64,000 nt of DNA, from positions 49,279-113,278 of the forward strand of contig JBDKFG010000008.1 of assembly GCA_039798785.1 (NCBI GenBank), given 5' to 3'. The notes below the pieces were generated by a model. The model worked only from the letters and a program-made list of their open reading frames with translations, was not told the DNA's origin and searched no databases. The position numbers were made by a program, and so were the translations under genes. Origin of the DNA: Verrucomicrobiota bacterium (GTDB lineage Bacteria > Verrucomicrobiota > Lentisphaeria > Lentisphaerales > Lentisphaeraceae). Shown here piece after piece: positions 18,724-27,900 of this stretch (position 1 is its first letter; each line of letters begins with the position of its first letter).

Positions 18724-20502
18724 ATGAGTCCGAGCGATAGCTATCGACAACGCTTGCAAGGCCTGGCCTCGCCACAGAGCCTTGACCGCACCGCGGCGGC
18801 ATCGGGCTCCCCCCTCCTGCCCTGCCCTCAAGACCCGGCCATCCTCGCCTGCCGGGATGAAGAAGGTCGCGCCTTGCCGCTGCATTCCCTTCGCGATCCC
18901 CGGCGGGAAGCCGAGGCCCAGGCGGAAGCCGTCCTGGCGGACCTGAGCCTCGAGCAGCCCCTCTTCCTTCTGGTCGTCGGCATCGCCTCCGGCTTCCATC
19001 TCACCAGCCTCGTCCGCCGCCTTCCCGCCGGCTCGACCCTGGTCGCTGTCGACGGCGACGCCGCCGTGCTGCGACTGCTCGACGACACTGGATTGCGGCA
19101 GGGGGGCATCGCCCTGCGTCTGATCGCCGGCTCCGATCTCGATGCCGTGGCGATCGAATACAAGGAGTGCCTGCGGCGGGTCGGACGCATCCCCGACGCG
19201 GTTTTCCTCCACCCCGCCAGCCGCCGCCTCTGTCCCGGCTTCGACTCCTGGGTCGAGCGCTTGCGGATCGAGACCCGCAGCGACGCGATGGACCAGATCA
19301 CCGTCGCGTCCTTCGCCGAGGAATGGATCCAGAACGGCATCCTCAATCTGCGGCAGATCTGTGCCAATCCCGGAGTCCCTTCGCTGCGGAAGATTTTTTC
19401 CGGCCGGGCGGCTTTCGTCCTCTGCGCCGGCCCCAGCCTTCAAGAGTCGCTGCCCTTCATCGCCTCGCTTCAGGACCGGGCCCTGATCATCGCCGTCGGC
19501 ACCGCGTTGGCGCCAGCCCTGCGCGCCGGCATCCGTCCGCACTTGACCATCGCCGTCGATTCCGACCCCAAGGTGTACCTGCAGTTCCAGCGCGCCCTTC
19601 CCGAGCTCCCCGGCTATCTCGTCGCCTCACAAGCGCTATTCCCGCCGATTCTCGACCTGTACCCAGGCCGTCTCTTCACCTTCGGCTCCGGCTCACTGCC
19701 GGAATTCAGCGCCTGGCTGGCCCGCCGCGGCCACGATTGCGGCGGTCTCAACACCGGCGGCACGGTGGCTCTCAGCGCCCTAGACCTGGCTTACTGGAGC
19801 GGCTGCAGCAGGGTCGCGGTCTTCGGCCTCGATCTTGCCTTCGCCGAGGATGGCACAACCCATGCGGCAGGCTCAATGTATGACCAGCAGCGGCTCCGCC
19901 GCGGCCTCGTCCGCATCCCTGGCAACTGGGAGCCGGACGTCCCCACCACCCGCCAATTCGCCACCTACGTGCAAATGCTCGAAAACTACCTCCAGCGCAT
20001 GCCCGATTCCGCCTCCCTGACTACTAGCGTCAGCAGCGGCGGCGCCCGCATCCGCGGCCTGTCAGTGCGGCGTCCGGCGGAATTCTTCGCCGCTTTCAGC
20101 GCCGAACCTTTCGATGCCCTGGCCGAGATCGCCGCGGCCCGAAGCCGCAGCCGGACGCCGCCGGCAGCGGTTTTCGCCGCCGCCTTGAAAGAAGTGCTCG
20201 CCGAGCTCGAGCAGCTCGGCGACCTGGCCGACCAGGTGGAAAAACGCCTTGGACGTGCCCCCGGCGAGTTCCCAGAACTCCGCCGCCTCGAAAAGAAACT
20301 GCGCAAGTCGGAGGCTGCCGAAGCCTTTCTCTCACCGGTATTGCAACGCCTCATCCTCGGCATCGAACACCTGCCCAAGGATGAATTGACGACGCGCTTC
20401 CATCAGGCCGCCCGTTCGGCCATCCATTGGATCCGGCAGCTGCTCGGACCCGTCAGCGGCTTCTTCACCCCCCAGGAGGACTCCTCATGTTCCCGAAAAT
20501 GA
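18724..20502 (+). CDS. Motility-associated factor (Maf/DUF115) flagellin glycosyltransferase family protein
   Basis: LHS..DP.REA, AGPSL, GIRPH...AVD, GGTV, GLDLAF motifs; directly upstream of fliS. Confidence 0.85.
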   Translation: MSPSDSYRQRLQGLASPQSLDRTAAASGSPLLPCPQDPAILACRDEEGRALPLHSLRDPRREAEAQAEAVLADLSLEQPLFLLVVGIASGFHLTSLVRRLPAGSTLVAVDGDAAVLRLLDDTGLRQGGIALRLIAGSDLDAVAIEYKECLRRVGRIPDAVFLHPASRRLCPGFDSWVERLRIETRSDAMDQITVASFAEEWIQNGILNLRQICANPGVPSLRKIFSGRAAFVLCAGPSLQESLPFIASLQDRALIIAVGTALAPALRAGIRPHLTIAVDSDPKVYLQFQRALPELPGYLVASQALFPPILDLYPGRLFTFGSGSLPEFSAWLARRGHDCGGLNTGGTVALSALDLAYWSGCSRVAVFGLDLAFAEDGTTHAAGSMYDQQRLRRGLVRIPGNWEPDVPTTRQFATYVQMLENYLQRMPDSASLTTSVSSGGARIRGLSVRRPAEFFAAFSAEPFDALAEIAAARSRSRTPPAAVFAAALKEVLAELEQLGDLADQVEKRLGRAPGEFPELRRLEKKLRKSEAAEAFLSPVLQRLILGIEHLPKDELTTRFHQAARSAIHWIRQLLGPVSGFFTPQEDSSCSRK

Positions 20503-20885
20503 ACCCCTACCGGCAGTCACAGATCTCCACCGCCAGCCCCGGGCAGCGCGTGGTGATGATGTACGAAGCTCTCTGCCGCGAACTGCACAAGGCGGAAGAC
20601 GCCTGCATCAAGATCCCGGACGACACTTCCCAGATCGAAGTCGCCCACAACGCCCTGGTCGCCAGCGACCGGATCATCACCGAACTGCGCGTCGCACTCG
20701 ACATGGAACAGGGCGGCGAGCTGGCCAAGAGCCTCGAAGGTCTCTACGACTTCTGGATCCGCCACCTTTCCGACGCCAACCGATTCAAAGACCCCAAACG
20801 CGTCGCCGAAGTCCTCAAAATGGCTCAGGAGCTCCGCGAAACCTGGCGCGAAGCCGCCGCCAAGGCCCGCAACGGAGAGGTCTGA
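20487..20885 (+). CDS. fliS: Flagellin export chaperone FliS
   Basis: Y....I.TASP...VVMMYE, IITEL..ALDME.GGELA..L..LY, ELRETW; AGGAGG RBS. Confidence 0.92.
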   Translation: MFPKMNPYRQSQISTASPGQRVVMMYEALCRELHKAEDACIKIPDDTSQIEVAHNALVASDRIITELRVALDMEQGGELAKSLEGLYDFWIRHLSDANRFKDPKRVAEVLKMAQELRETWREAAAKARNGEV

Positions 20886-21244
20886 TGGAAGAGGAATCCC
20901 AATCCGGCCGCGCCCGCCGCCTCTACCAAGAATGGGGCGAAAGCGCCCTGCCAGCACGCCTCGCCGCCGAAGCGCGCGACTGGGACGCCTTCCGCCGCGC
21001 CGCCGGCCGCGGCCGCACCGCCTTCAACACCGCCACCCAGAACGCCGAACCCGGCGAAGCCCCGAGCGAAGCCGCCGCCGCCGCCGCCGCCTGGGAAGAA
21101 CTCCAGCCCCTCCTGGATTCCTGGAAGAACGCCATCTCCGCTGAACTCGAGCACACCCGCAAACGCCGCCGCACCGGCCAGGCCCTGCAAAAAGCCTACG
21201 GCAGCCCCAGCTCCGCAGGCTCCCAGATCGATACCAAGAATTGA
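20885..21244 (+). CDS. Small helical protein, possibly a FliT-like flagellar chaperone
   Basis: Coupled to the fliS stop; helical, ends with KAYG as FliT-like proteins often do. Confidence 0.5.
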   Translation: MEEESQSGRARRLYQEWGESALPARLAAEARDWDAFRRAAGRGRTAFNTATQNAEPGEAPSEAAAAAAAWEELQPLLDSWKNAISAELEHTRKRRRTGQALQKAYGSPSSAGSQIDTKN

Positions 21245-21344
21245 GGCAGGACACAAAGACGCGGCGGAAGCCCGGCTGAGAAGGACGTATGAAAGCTGTC
21301 GCAGCGCCGCAAGCTCCCTTAAAACCGCTTAAACCGAGGCCCCC

Positions 21345-21632
21345 ATGCCTGACCCGAAGAACAGTCCTTCCACCCATGTCGTCGGCGGCCGCATCGATCG
21401 CACCGTCAGCTCTCCCTCGCCTCTGCTCGGCAAGCGCATCGTCAAAGCCAAGGATCTTTCGGTGTCGACACGCAGCGTCGTCGTCGGCGGCGACGGCCCG
21501 GGCGACAAAGTCAGCCTGCCAGCGATCTTAATCGAGAAGGATGACGGCCGGATCGTCAGGATCTCGGTGAAATGTCCCTGCGGACGCAACTGCGAGCTGG
21601 TTCTCGAGGAGGAACCCCATGATCAAAATTAA
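21345..21632 (+). CDS. Small hypothetical protein with a VKCPCG motif
   Basis: GAGG RBS; fits gene order between the FliT-like gene and the lipoprotein. Confidence 0.55.
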   Translation: MPDPKNSPSTHVVGGRIDRTVSSPSPLLGKRIVKAKDLSVSTRSVVVGGDGPGDKVSLPAILIEKDDGRIVRISVKCPCGRNCELVLEEEPHDQN

Positions 21633-22260
21633 GACCTTACTGGCCCTGCTGCTTCTGCTTGGTCTCTGCGGCTGCCCCAGCGCCGCAGTGGGGACGCGGC
21701 TGCAGGAGCGCACCCTCGTCCTGCCGATCTCCGGACCGGACCGCGCCGCCGCCGAGGCCCTCGCCGGCAACCTCGTCACCACACTGACGCGGATCGGCTA
21801 CGACGCCATCGACGTCCGTCTCAGCCATGCAGCCAGCACCCTCGCCAAACCCGAGTCCATCCGTCCCGACGGCGAAATCGAGCCCGGCGAAATCGCCCGC
21901 GTGGCGCAACTGCTCGAAGCCAGCGACGCCATCACCGTCACCATGCAGGAATACGTCCCCTGGAAGCCGATGCGTGCCACCCTCCGCCTCGCCTGGCTCG
22001 ACACCCGCGACGGACAGTGCCGCCGCCAGGAATCCGCACTCAGCGTCGACCTCAACAACCCTGGCGAGGCGCTCGCCTTCAACCGTTTTCACAACGGCGG
22101 CATCCCGGCGACTCCCGAATCCCACAAGACCGCCAGCGCCCAGCTCTCCCCCGCCGCCTTCAACCTCTATCTCGCCGAAAGAGCCGCACTTGAATTGCAA
22201 AGACTGCAGCAAATTTCGAGATCTGGCCTTAAACTTGCAAAGGAGAATGTCGAAAGATGA
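21619..22260 (+). CDS. Hypothetical lipoprotein
   Basis: Lipobox LCGC; AGGAGG RBS. Confidence 0.65.
   Translation: MIKIKTLLALLLLLGLCGCPSAAVGTRLQERTLVLPISGPDRAAAEALAGNLVTTLTRIGYDAIDVRLSHAASTLAKPESIRPDGEIEPGEIARVAQLLEASDAITVTMQEYVPWKPMRATLRLAWLDTRDGQCRRQESALSVDLNNPGEALAFNRFHNGGIPATPESHKTASAQLSPAAFNLYLAERAALELQRLQQISRSGLKLAKENVER
22230..22256 (+). promoter_or_regulatory. Putative sigma28 (FliA) promoter for flgM
   Basis: TAAA-N15-GTCGAAAG versus consensus TAAA-N15-GCCGATAA. Confidence 0.55.
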
Positions 22261-22327
22261 AGCCCAGAGAGGTGGGACTCTCGACACCGCCGAAGGATCG
22301 GCCAACCTTTTAACCCCCAGTCACACC

Positions 22328-22618
22328 ATGCGCATCGATTCCAACAGCTCCGCCAACCTTCCCGCAGCTTCGGCCAGCCCCCGCAAGGCGCTTGCCGGCT
22401 ACGTCCAGGCCGGCACCGGCAAAAACCCTCCCTCCCTCGACCTTTCCCTCTCCGACAATTCGCGTCGCCTCCACAGCGCCGTGCGCCAGTTCGACCAGGA
22501 AGAAGATTCCGTCCGGGCCGACAAGATCGCCGCCGCCAAGGAAGCCTTGGCCAACTGGAAACCGCTCAACGATCAGAGCGTCGACCGGATCATGCAGCGC
22601 CTGAGTTCAGAAATCTGA
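22328..22618 (+). CDS. flgM: Anti-sigma28 factor FlgM-like protein
   Basis: 96 aa; MRID start, low-complexity N-half, LSLS, VRADKIAAAKEAL; flagellar context. Confidence 0.7.
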   Translation: MRIDSNSSANLPAASASPRKALAGYVQAGTGKNPPSLDLSLSDNSRRLHSAVRQFDQEEDSVRADKIAAAKEALANWKPLNDQSVDRIMQRLSSEI

Positions 22619-22663
22619 GAAGGCACTCCGCCGCCGCGCCGCCTCACAGACAAGATCCATTGC

Positions 22664-22698
22664 AGCCCTCGTCAACCGTAAGGTCGACGGGGGCTTTC
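22664..22698 (+). terminator. Intrinsic terminator after flgM
   Basis: AGCCCTCGTCAACC-GTAA-GGTCGACGGGGGCT stem followed by TTCT. Confidence 0.65.
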
Positions 22699-22745
22699 TC
22701 CCCCCGCAACAAGGACAGGTGTTTCTATTTTGTTCTCTACCCTTC

Positions 22746-22957
22746 AAGCTAAATTCCGCAGCAGCGGAATGGAACCGGGTTGAAAGGTTGAAAGGCAAAC
22801 ACATGAACAACAGCGACAAATGACGATTCTAGTTCGACCTGCATGACTGCCAGCCGGAGGAGTTGCCGAGCGCCCCCGAACACCATAACCTCTTGCTGTT
22901 GTAGCTGATCCTTTCAACCTTTGAACCTTCCAACCTTTCAACTGCGGTTTTTAGCTT
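22746..22957. repeat. Long imperfect inverted repeat containing octamer repeats
   Basis: Nested pairings AAGCTAAATTCCGCAG/CTGCGGTTTTTAGCTT, (GGTTGAAA)2/(TTTCAACC-like)4, ACAACAGC/GCTGTTGT. Confidence 0.75.
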
Positions 22958-23111
22958 CAACCCTTGATGACGCAGCATCCGAATCAGGAATCGGTGGTGA
23001 CTGCTGGAAAACGCCTTTTGTCCGTCACATATGCGGGTCGGCGGCAACTCCAAGAAAACACCCTCCGCTTTTGCGGCGAGGGCATAGATTCGAGAGAGAG
23101 GAGGCCAGCGC

Positions 23112-23624
23112 ATGTCGGAGGATCGCAACCGCAATTTCCTGCGTCACTATACTCCTGTGCAAGGAGCCTTGATGCGCTACGTCTGCTGCCTGCATCCCAA
23201 TTTCAGCGAGGTCGAAGACCTGCTTCAGGATGTGGTGGTGGTGGCTTGGGAGAAGTTTCCAGAATTCGAGGCCCAAGGCGGCGATTTCCGCTCCTGGATT
23301 TTCGCCGTCGCGCGTTACAAGATCCTCAATTCCAAGCGCCAGTACTTGCGCAGCTGCCGCAAGCTCGACGCCGCCCGCGACAAGCTCGCCGAATCGGCGG
23401 CGATCGAACTCGCAAGCGCCAGCGCCGAGCGCCAGCAGGCCCTGGCCCGCTGCCTCGGCAAGCTCTCCGACAAGCACCAGCAGCTCCTGGCCAGGCGCTA
23501 CTCCGAAAAAGCAAGCTGCCAGGACCTGGCAGTCCAGATGCGGCAGAGCGAGACCCAGATCCGCTCGCAGCTCTACCGCCTCCGAAATCTCCTGCGCGAC
23601 TGCATCACGGAAGCGACCCGATGA
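23112..23624 (+). CDS. ECF-type RNA polymerase sigma factor
   Basis: VEDLLQDV...AWEKF, FRSWIFAVARY, CL.KL, L.R.R..LRDCI. Confidence 0.9.
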   Translation: MSEDRNRNFLRHYTPVQGALMRYVCCLHPNFSEVEDLLQDVVVVAWEKFPEFEAQGGDFRSWIFAVARYKILNSKRQYLRSCRKLDAARDKLAESAAIELASASAERQQALARCLGKLSDKHQQLLARRYSEKASCQDLAVQMRQSETQIRSQLYRLRNLLRDCITEATR

Positions 23625-24874
23625 GCCCGGAACTCGCCATCCTGATCGAAAAATGCCTCGCCGGCGAAGCTGACGAAGCGGAAATGGCGTCAATGGAAGC
23701 GCAAATCCACGCCTCCGACGAAGCCTACCGCGAATATCTCGAACAGGTCAATTTCCTCATCGACATGCGCGACGCCAGTCCGCCCGGCCGCCCGGTCACC
23801 CGTTCATCGCCGCCGTCTCGCCGTCCCGCCCGCCGCCGCGTCGCGCCGGCTGGAAGCCGGGCCTGGCTTCCCTTCGCGCTCGCCGCCAGCCTCCTTCTCG
23901 CCGCTCTTCTCATCTTCACCGGCAAAAAAGGCGCCGAGCCTCAGTTCCTCGTCGCATCCCTCCCCAGGGACGCCAGCATCCTGCGTCAGGGACAGGCCGT
24001 CCGCGACGACAAGCTCTACGCCGGCGATGTCTTGAGTTCCGGCCACGCCGAAATCGATCTGCAGCTTCCCGGCGAGCGCAGCGAGATCCGCCTCGACCCG
24101 TCCTCACGGCTGCGGATCTGCCCGCGACCCGATTTCCGGCTGGAACTGCAGCAGGGCTCCTTCAGCGCCTCGGTGGCGCCGCAGCCGCGCCCCTTCCGCA
24201 TCGCGACCCCGGAGGCGGCGGTGACGATCCTAGGAACTCTGTTCTCCCTCAGCCATGATGCCGAGGGCAGCTTGTTGACGGTCAAGCACGGTTGCGTCGA
24301 AATGACGGCCCAGGGCCGCAGCCGCAAGATTTACAGCGGCGAAAGCCTCGCCTCGCGGCAGATGCAGCCACCAGAGACGAGCGCCGCCGTTCTGATCCCG
24401 ATGAATTCCGCAGGATGGCGCTACTCCGACGACGGCCAGCCCGGCCAGGGCTGGCAGCAGCCCGGCTTCGACGATTCCACCTGGAAGATCGGCCAGTGTC
24501 CTTTCGCCTATGGAGAGAATTGCCGCACTCCTCTGACACCGGGAAAAATCACCTATTGCTTCCGGCGGGAATTCTCGCTCCCCGCCGCCATCTCCGCAGA
24601 ATCACTGGAAATCAATATGCTGTACGACGACGGAGTCCTGCTCTTCGTCAACGGCATCGAAGTCCTGCGCCGCCGACTGCCGCCCGGCCGGATTGATTCG
24701 AACACCCTCGCCCGCTCGCACGAGGCCAAGCGTCTCAGCCACTACACCATTCCGGCATCAGGCCTGAAACCCGGTCGCAACATCATCGCCGTCGAGCTTC
24801 ACAACCGCTCGCCCGAGAGCACTGACATCTATCTCAATATGGAATTGAAAGCGAAGCCACCGGCACAGCCCTGA
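23621..24874 (+). CDS. FecR-family anti-sigma factor with a C-terminal galactose-binding-like beta-sandwich domain
   Basis: ATGA overlap with sigma; single TM (AASLLL); FecR PF.I.TP.A.VT.LGT.F; C-terminal FDDS.W / YDDG...VNG.EV / IAVELH. Confidence 0.88.
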   Translation: MSPELAILIEKCLAGEADEAEMASMEAQIHASDEAYREYLEQVNFLIDMRDASPPGRPVTRSSPPSRRPARRRVAPAGSRAWLPFALAASLLLAALLIFTGKKGAEPQFLVASLPRDASILRQGQAVRDDKLYAGDVLSSGHAEIDLQLPGERSEIRLDPSSRLRICPRPDFRLELQQGSFSASVAPQPRPFRIATPEAAVTILGTLFSLSHDAEGSLLTVKHGCVEMTAQGRSRKIYSGESLASRQMQPPETSAAVLIPMNSAGWRYSDDGQPGQGWQQPGFDDSTWKIGQCPFAYGENCRTPLTPGKITYCFRREFSLPAAISAESLEINMLYDDGVLLFVNGIEVLRRRLPPGRIDSNTLARSHEAKRLSHYTIPASGLKPGRNIIAVELHNRSPESTDIYLNMELKAKPPAQP

Positions 24875-24995
24875 GAAAGCGCGGATCTCTTTAAAATAAA
24901 AAAACGGAAAATCAACCGATCCTCGTCACGCCAGCCCAGCTGCGGCAACTCCTGTGTCAAGCCATCACGGCCCAAACCGACACAAGGAAGCCTTC

Positions 24996-27900
24996 ATGAC
25001 ACACCGAAGCCCGTCAAAATGGCAGATCGCCTGCGCCAGCCTGCTGCTCGCCATTTCCTCTCTCGCCGCCGACACCTTGATCCCCGACAGCGCTCCGAAC
25101 TGGAAATCCAAGACCGACGGCTCCGACCAGGGCACCGCCTGGAAAACCGCCAGCTTCGATGACTCGACCTGGACCCTCGGTACCGCCTCCTTTGGTTATG
25201 GCGACCCCTCGACCACCGTGGTCACCGCCAACAAGATCACCTACTACTTCCGCAAGACCTTCACCGTCGCCGACCCCGCCGCCTACACCGCACTCACCCT
25301 GCGGATGAACTACGATGACGGTTTCGCCGTCTACATCAACGGCACCGAAGTGAAGCGCGTCGGCATCGCCGCCGGCGCCACCTACACCAGTACCGCAGCC
25401 AACCACGAATCCGGCGCCTGGGAGACCTTCTCCATCCCCGCCGGAACCCTGGTCGCAGGCAGCAACGTCATCGCCGTCGAAGTCCACAACCAGGCGGCCA
25501 GCAGCTCCGACCTCTTCTTCAACCTCGGCCTTGTCGGCGAGACCTCGCCGCAGCTGGCCCGTGTCCCCTACCTGCAGATGGGCGGCCCGGATCGCATGAC
25601 CGTCCGCTGGCGCACCAACATCCCGGTCATCGGCCGCGTCCGCTACGGCACCACGCAAGGAGCTCTCAACCTCACTGCCAGCGAGTCCGCCGCCACCACC
25701 GAACACGAAGTCACCCTCACTGGCCTGACGTCCCAGACCAAGTACTTCTACGCCGTCGGCGACGCCGTCAATGGCGACCTCGCCGGCAACACCGCCAACC
25801 ACCACTTCGAGACCTCGCCCGCCATCGGCGCCGACGTCCCCACCCGCGTCTGGGTGATCGGCGACGCCGGCACCAACGACGCCAACCAGACCGCCGTCTT
25901 CAACGCCTTTAAAGCCCGCTCAGCCGGCACCTACACCGACCTGATGATCATGCTCGGCGACAACGCCTACAACAACGGCACCGACGCCCTCGCCCAGAAC
26001 GCCGTCTTCAACATGTATGCCGACATCCTCCGCCAGACTCCCGCCTGGTCGTGCATCGGCAACCACGAGAACGACTACGACTCCGGCGGCGTCGGCTACT
26101 ACCAGTACATGAGCCTGCCCAAGCAGGCCCGCAGCGACGGCCTCTCCTCCGGCGTCAACTCCGGCACCGAAGCCTACTACTCCTTCGACCACGGCCAGAT
26201 CCACTTCATCTGCCTCGACTCGGCCAGCTCCCAGGATTACACCACTGCCGGCGCCATGTACAAATGGGCCGAACAGGACTTGCAGCAGAACACCGGCAAG
26301 TTCGTCATCGCCTTCTGGCACCACCCGCCCTACACCAAGGGCAGCCACAACTCCGACACCGAATCCCGCCTGATCACCATGCGCAGCACATTCCTGCCGC
26401 TCTTCGAACAGTACGGCGTCGACCTCGTCCTCAACGGCCACAGCCACAGCTACGAGCGCAGCAAGTTCATCGACGGCCACTACGGCCTCTCCTCTACCTT
26501 CAATCCGGCCTTGAAGTCGGCCGGCGGCCATGTCGTCCAGTCCGGCAGCGGCGATGACTCCAGCCCCTATCTCAAACCCGCCACCCGCAGCGCCCGCTCC
26601 GGCGTCGTCTACAACCTCGCCGGCAGCTCCGGCAAGATCAGCGGCGGCACCCTCGACCACCCCGCGATGGAAAAAAGTCTTAACGTCCTCGGCTCGGTGC
26701 TGATCACCGTCTCGGGCGACACCCTGCACGCCGACTTTATCGACAGCACCAACACCATCCGCGATACCTACGTCATCAAGAAGTCCGCCGCCAACCAGGC
26801 TCCCGTCGCCAGCCCCCAGAACGTCAGCACCAGTGAAGACAGCGCACAAGCCATCGCCCTCAGCGCCACCGACGCCGAAGCCACCGCCCTGACCTACTCC
26901 ATCGTCAGCCAGCCGGCCCACGGCACCTTGTCCGGTTCCGGAGCCAACTGGACCTACACTCCAGCTGCCAACTACAACGGACCCGACTCCTTCACTTTCA
27001 AGGCCAATGACGGCTCGCTCGACTCCAACGTCGCCACCGTCTCGCTAACTGTCAATCCGGTCAACGACGCGCCGGTCGCCGTGGATCAAGCCCTCAACAC
27101 CGCCGCCAACACCGCCGTCGCCCTCGTCCTGAGCGCCAACGATGCCGATGGCGATGCCTTGAGCTACGCCATCGTCACTCAGCCCGCCCACGGCACCCTC
27201 AGCGGCTCGGGCAGCAGCTGGACCTACACTCCCGCCAACGGCTACAGCGGCACCGATTCCTTCACCTTCAAAGCCAATGACGGCACGATCGATTCCAACC
27301 TCGCCACCGTCACCGTCACCACCGCTCCGCCCGTCATCGTCAACTCCGCCCCGGTCGCCAGCAACAGCTCCGCCAGCACCAACGAAGACACGGCAGTGGC
27401 TCTTGTCCTCGCCGCCACGGATGTCGATGGCAATCCCCTGACTTACTCCATCGTCAGCCAGCCCACAAAAGGCACTCTCAGCGGCTCCGGCGCCAACTGG
27501 ACCTACACTCCCGCGACCAACACCAACGGACCCGACAGCTTCACCTTCAAGGCCAACGACGGCTCGCTCGACTCCAACGTCGCCACCGTCTCGCTGACCG
27601 TCAATCCGGTCAACGACGCTCCGGTCGCCAACGGCCAAAGCATCGCAGCCACTGAAGACACCGCCAAAACCCTGGTCCTCGGCGCCACTGATGTCGACGG
27701 CAATGCCTTGACCTACACCATCGTTGCCGCCCCCACCAAGGGCACTCTCAGCGGCACCGCCCCCAACCTCACCTACACCCCCAACGCCAACTACAACGGC
27801 GCCGACAGCTTCACCTTCAAGGCCAACGACGGCACGGTCGATTCCAATGTCGCCACGGTCAGCCTCAGCATCGCCGCCGTCAACGACGCGCCGGTCGCCA

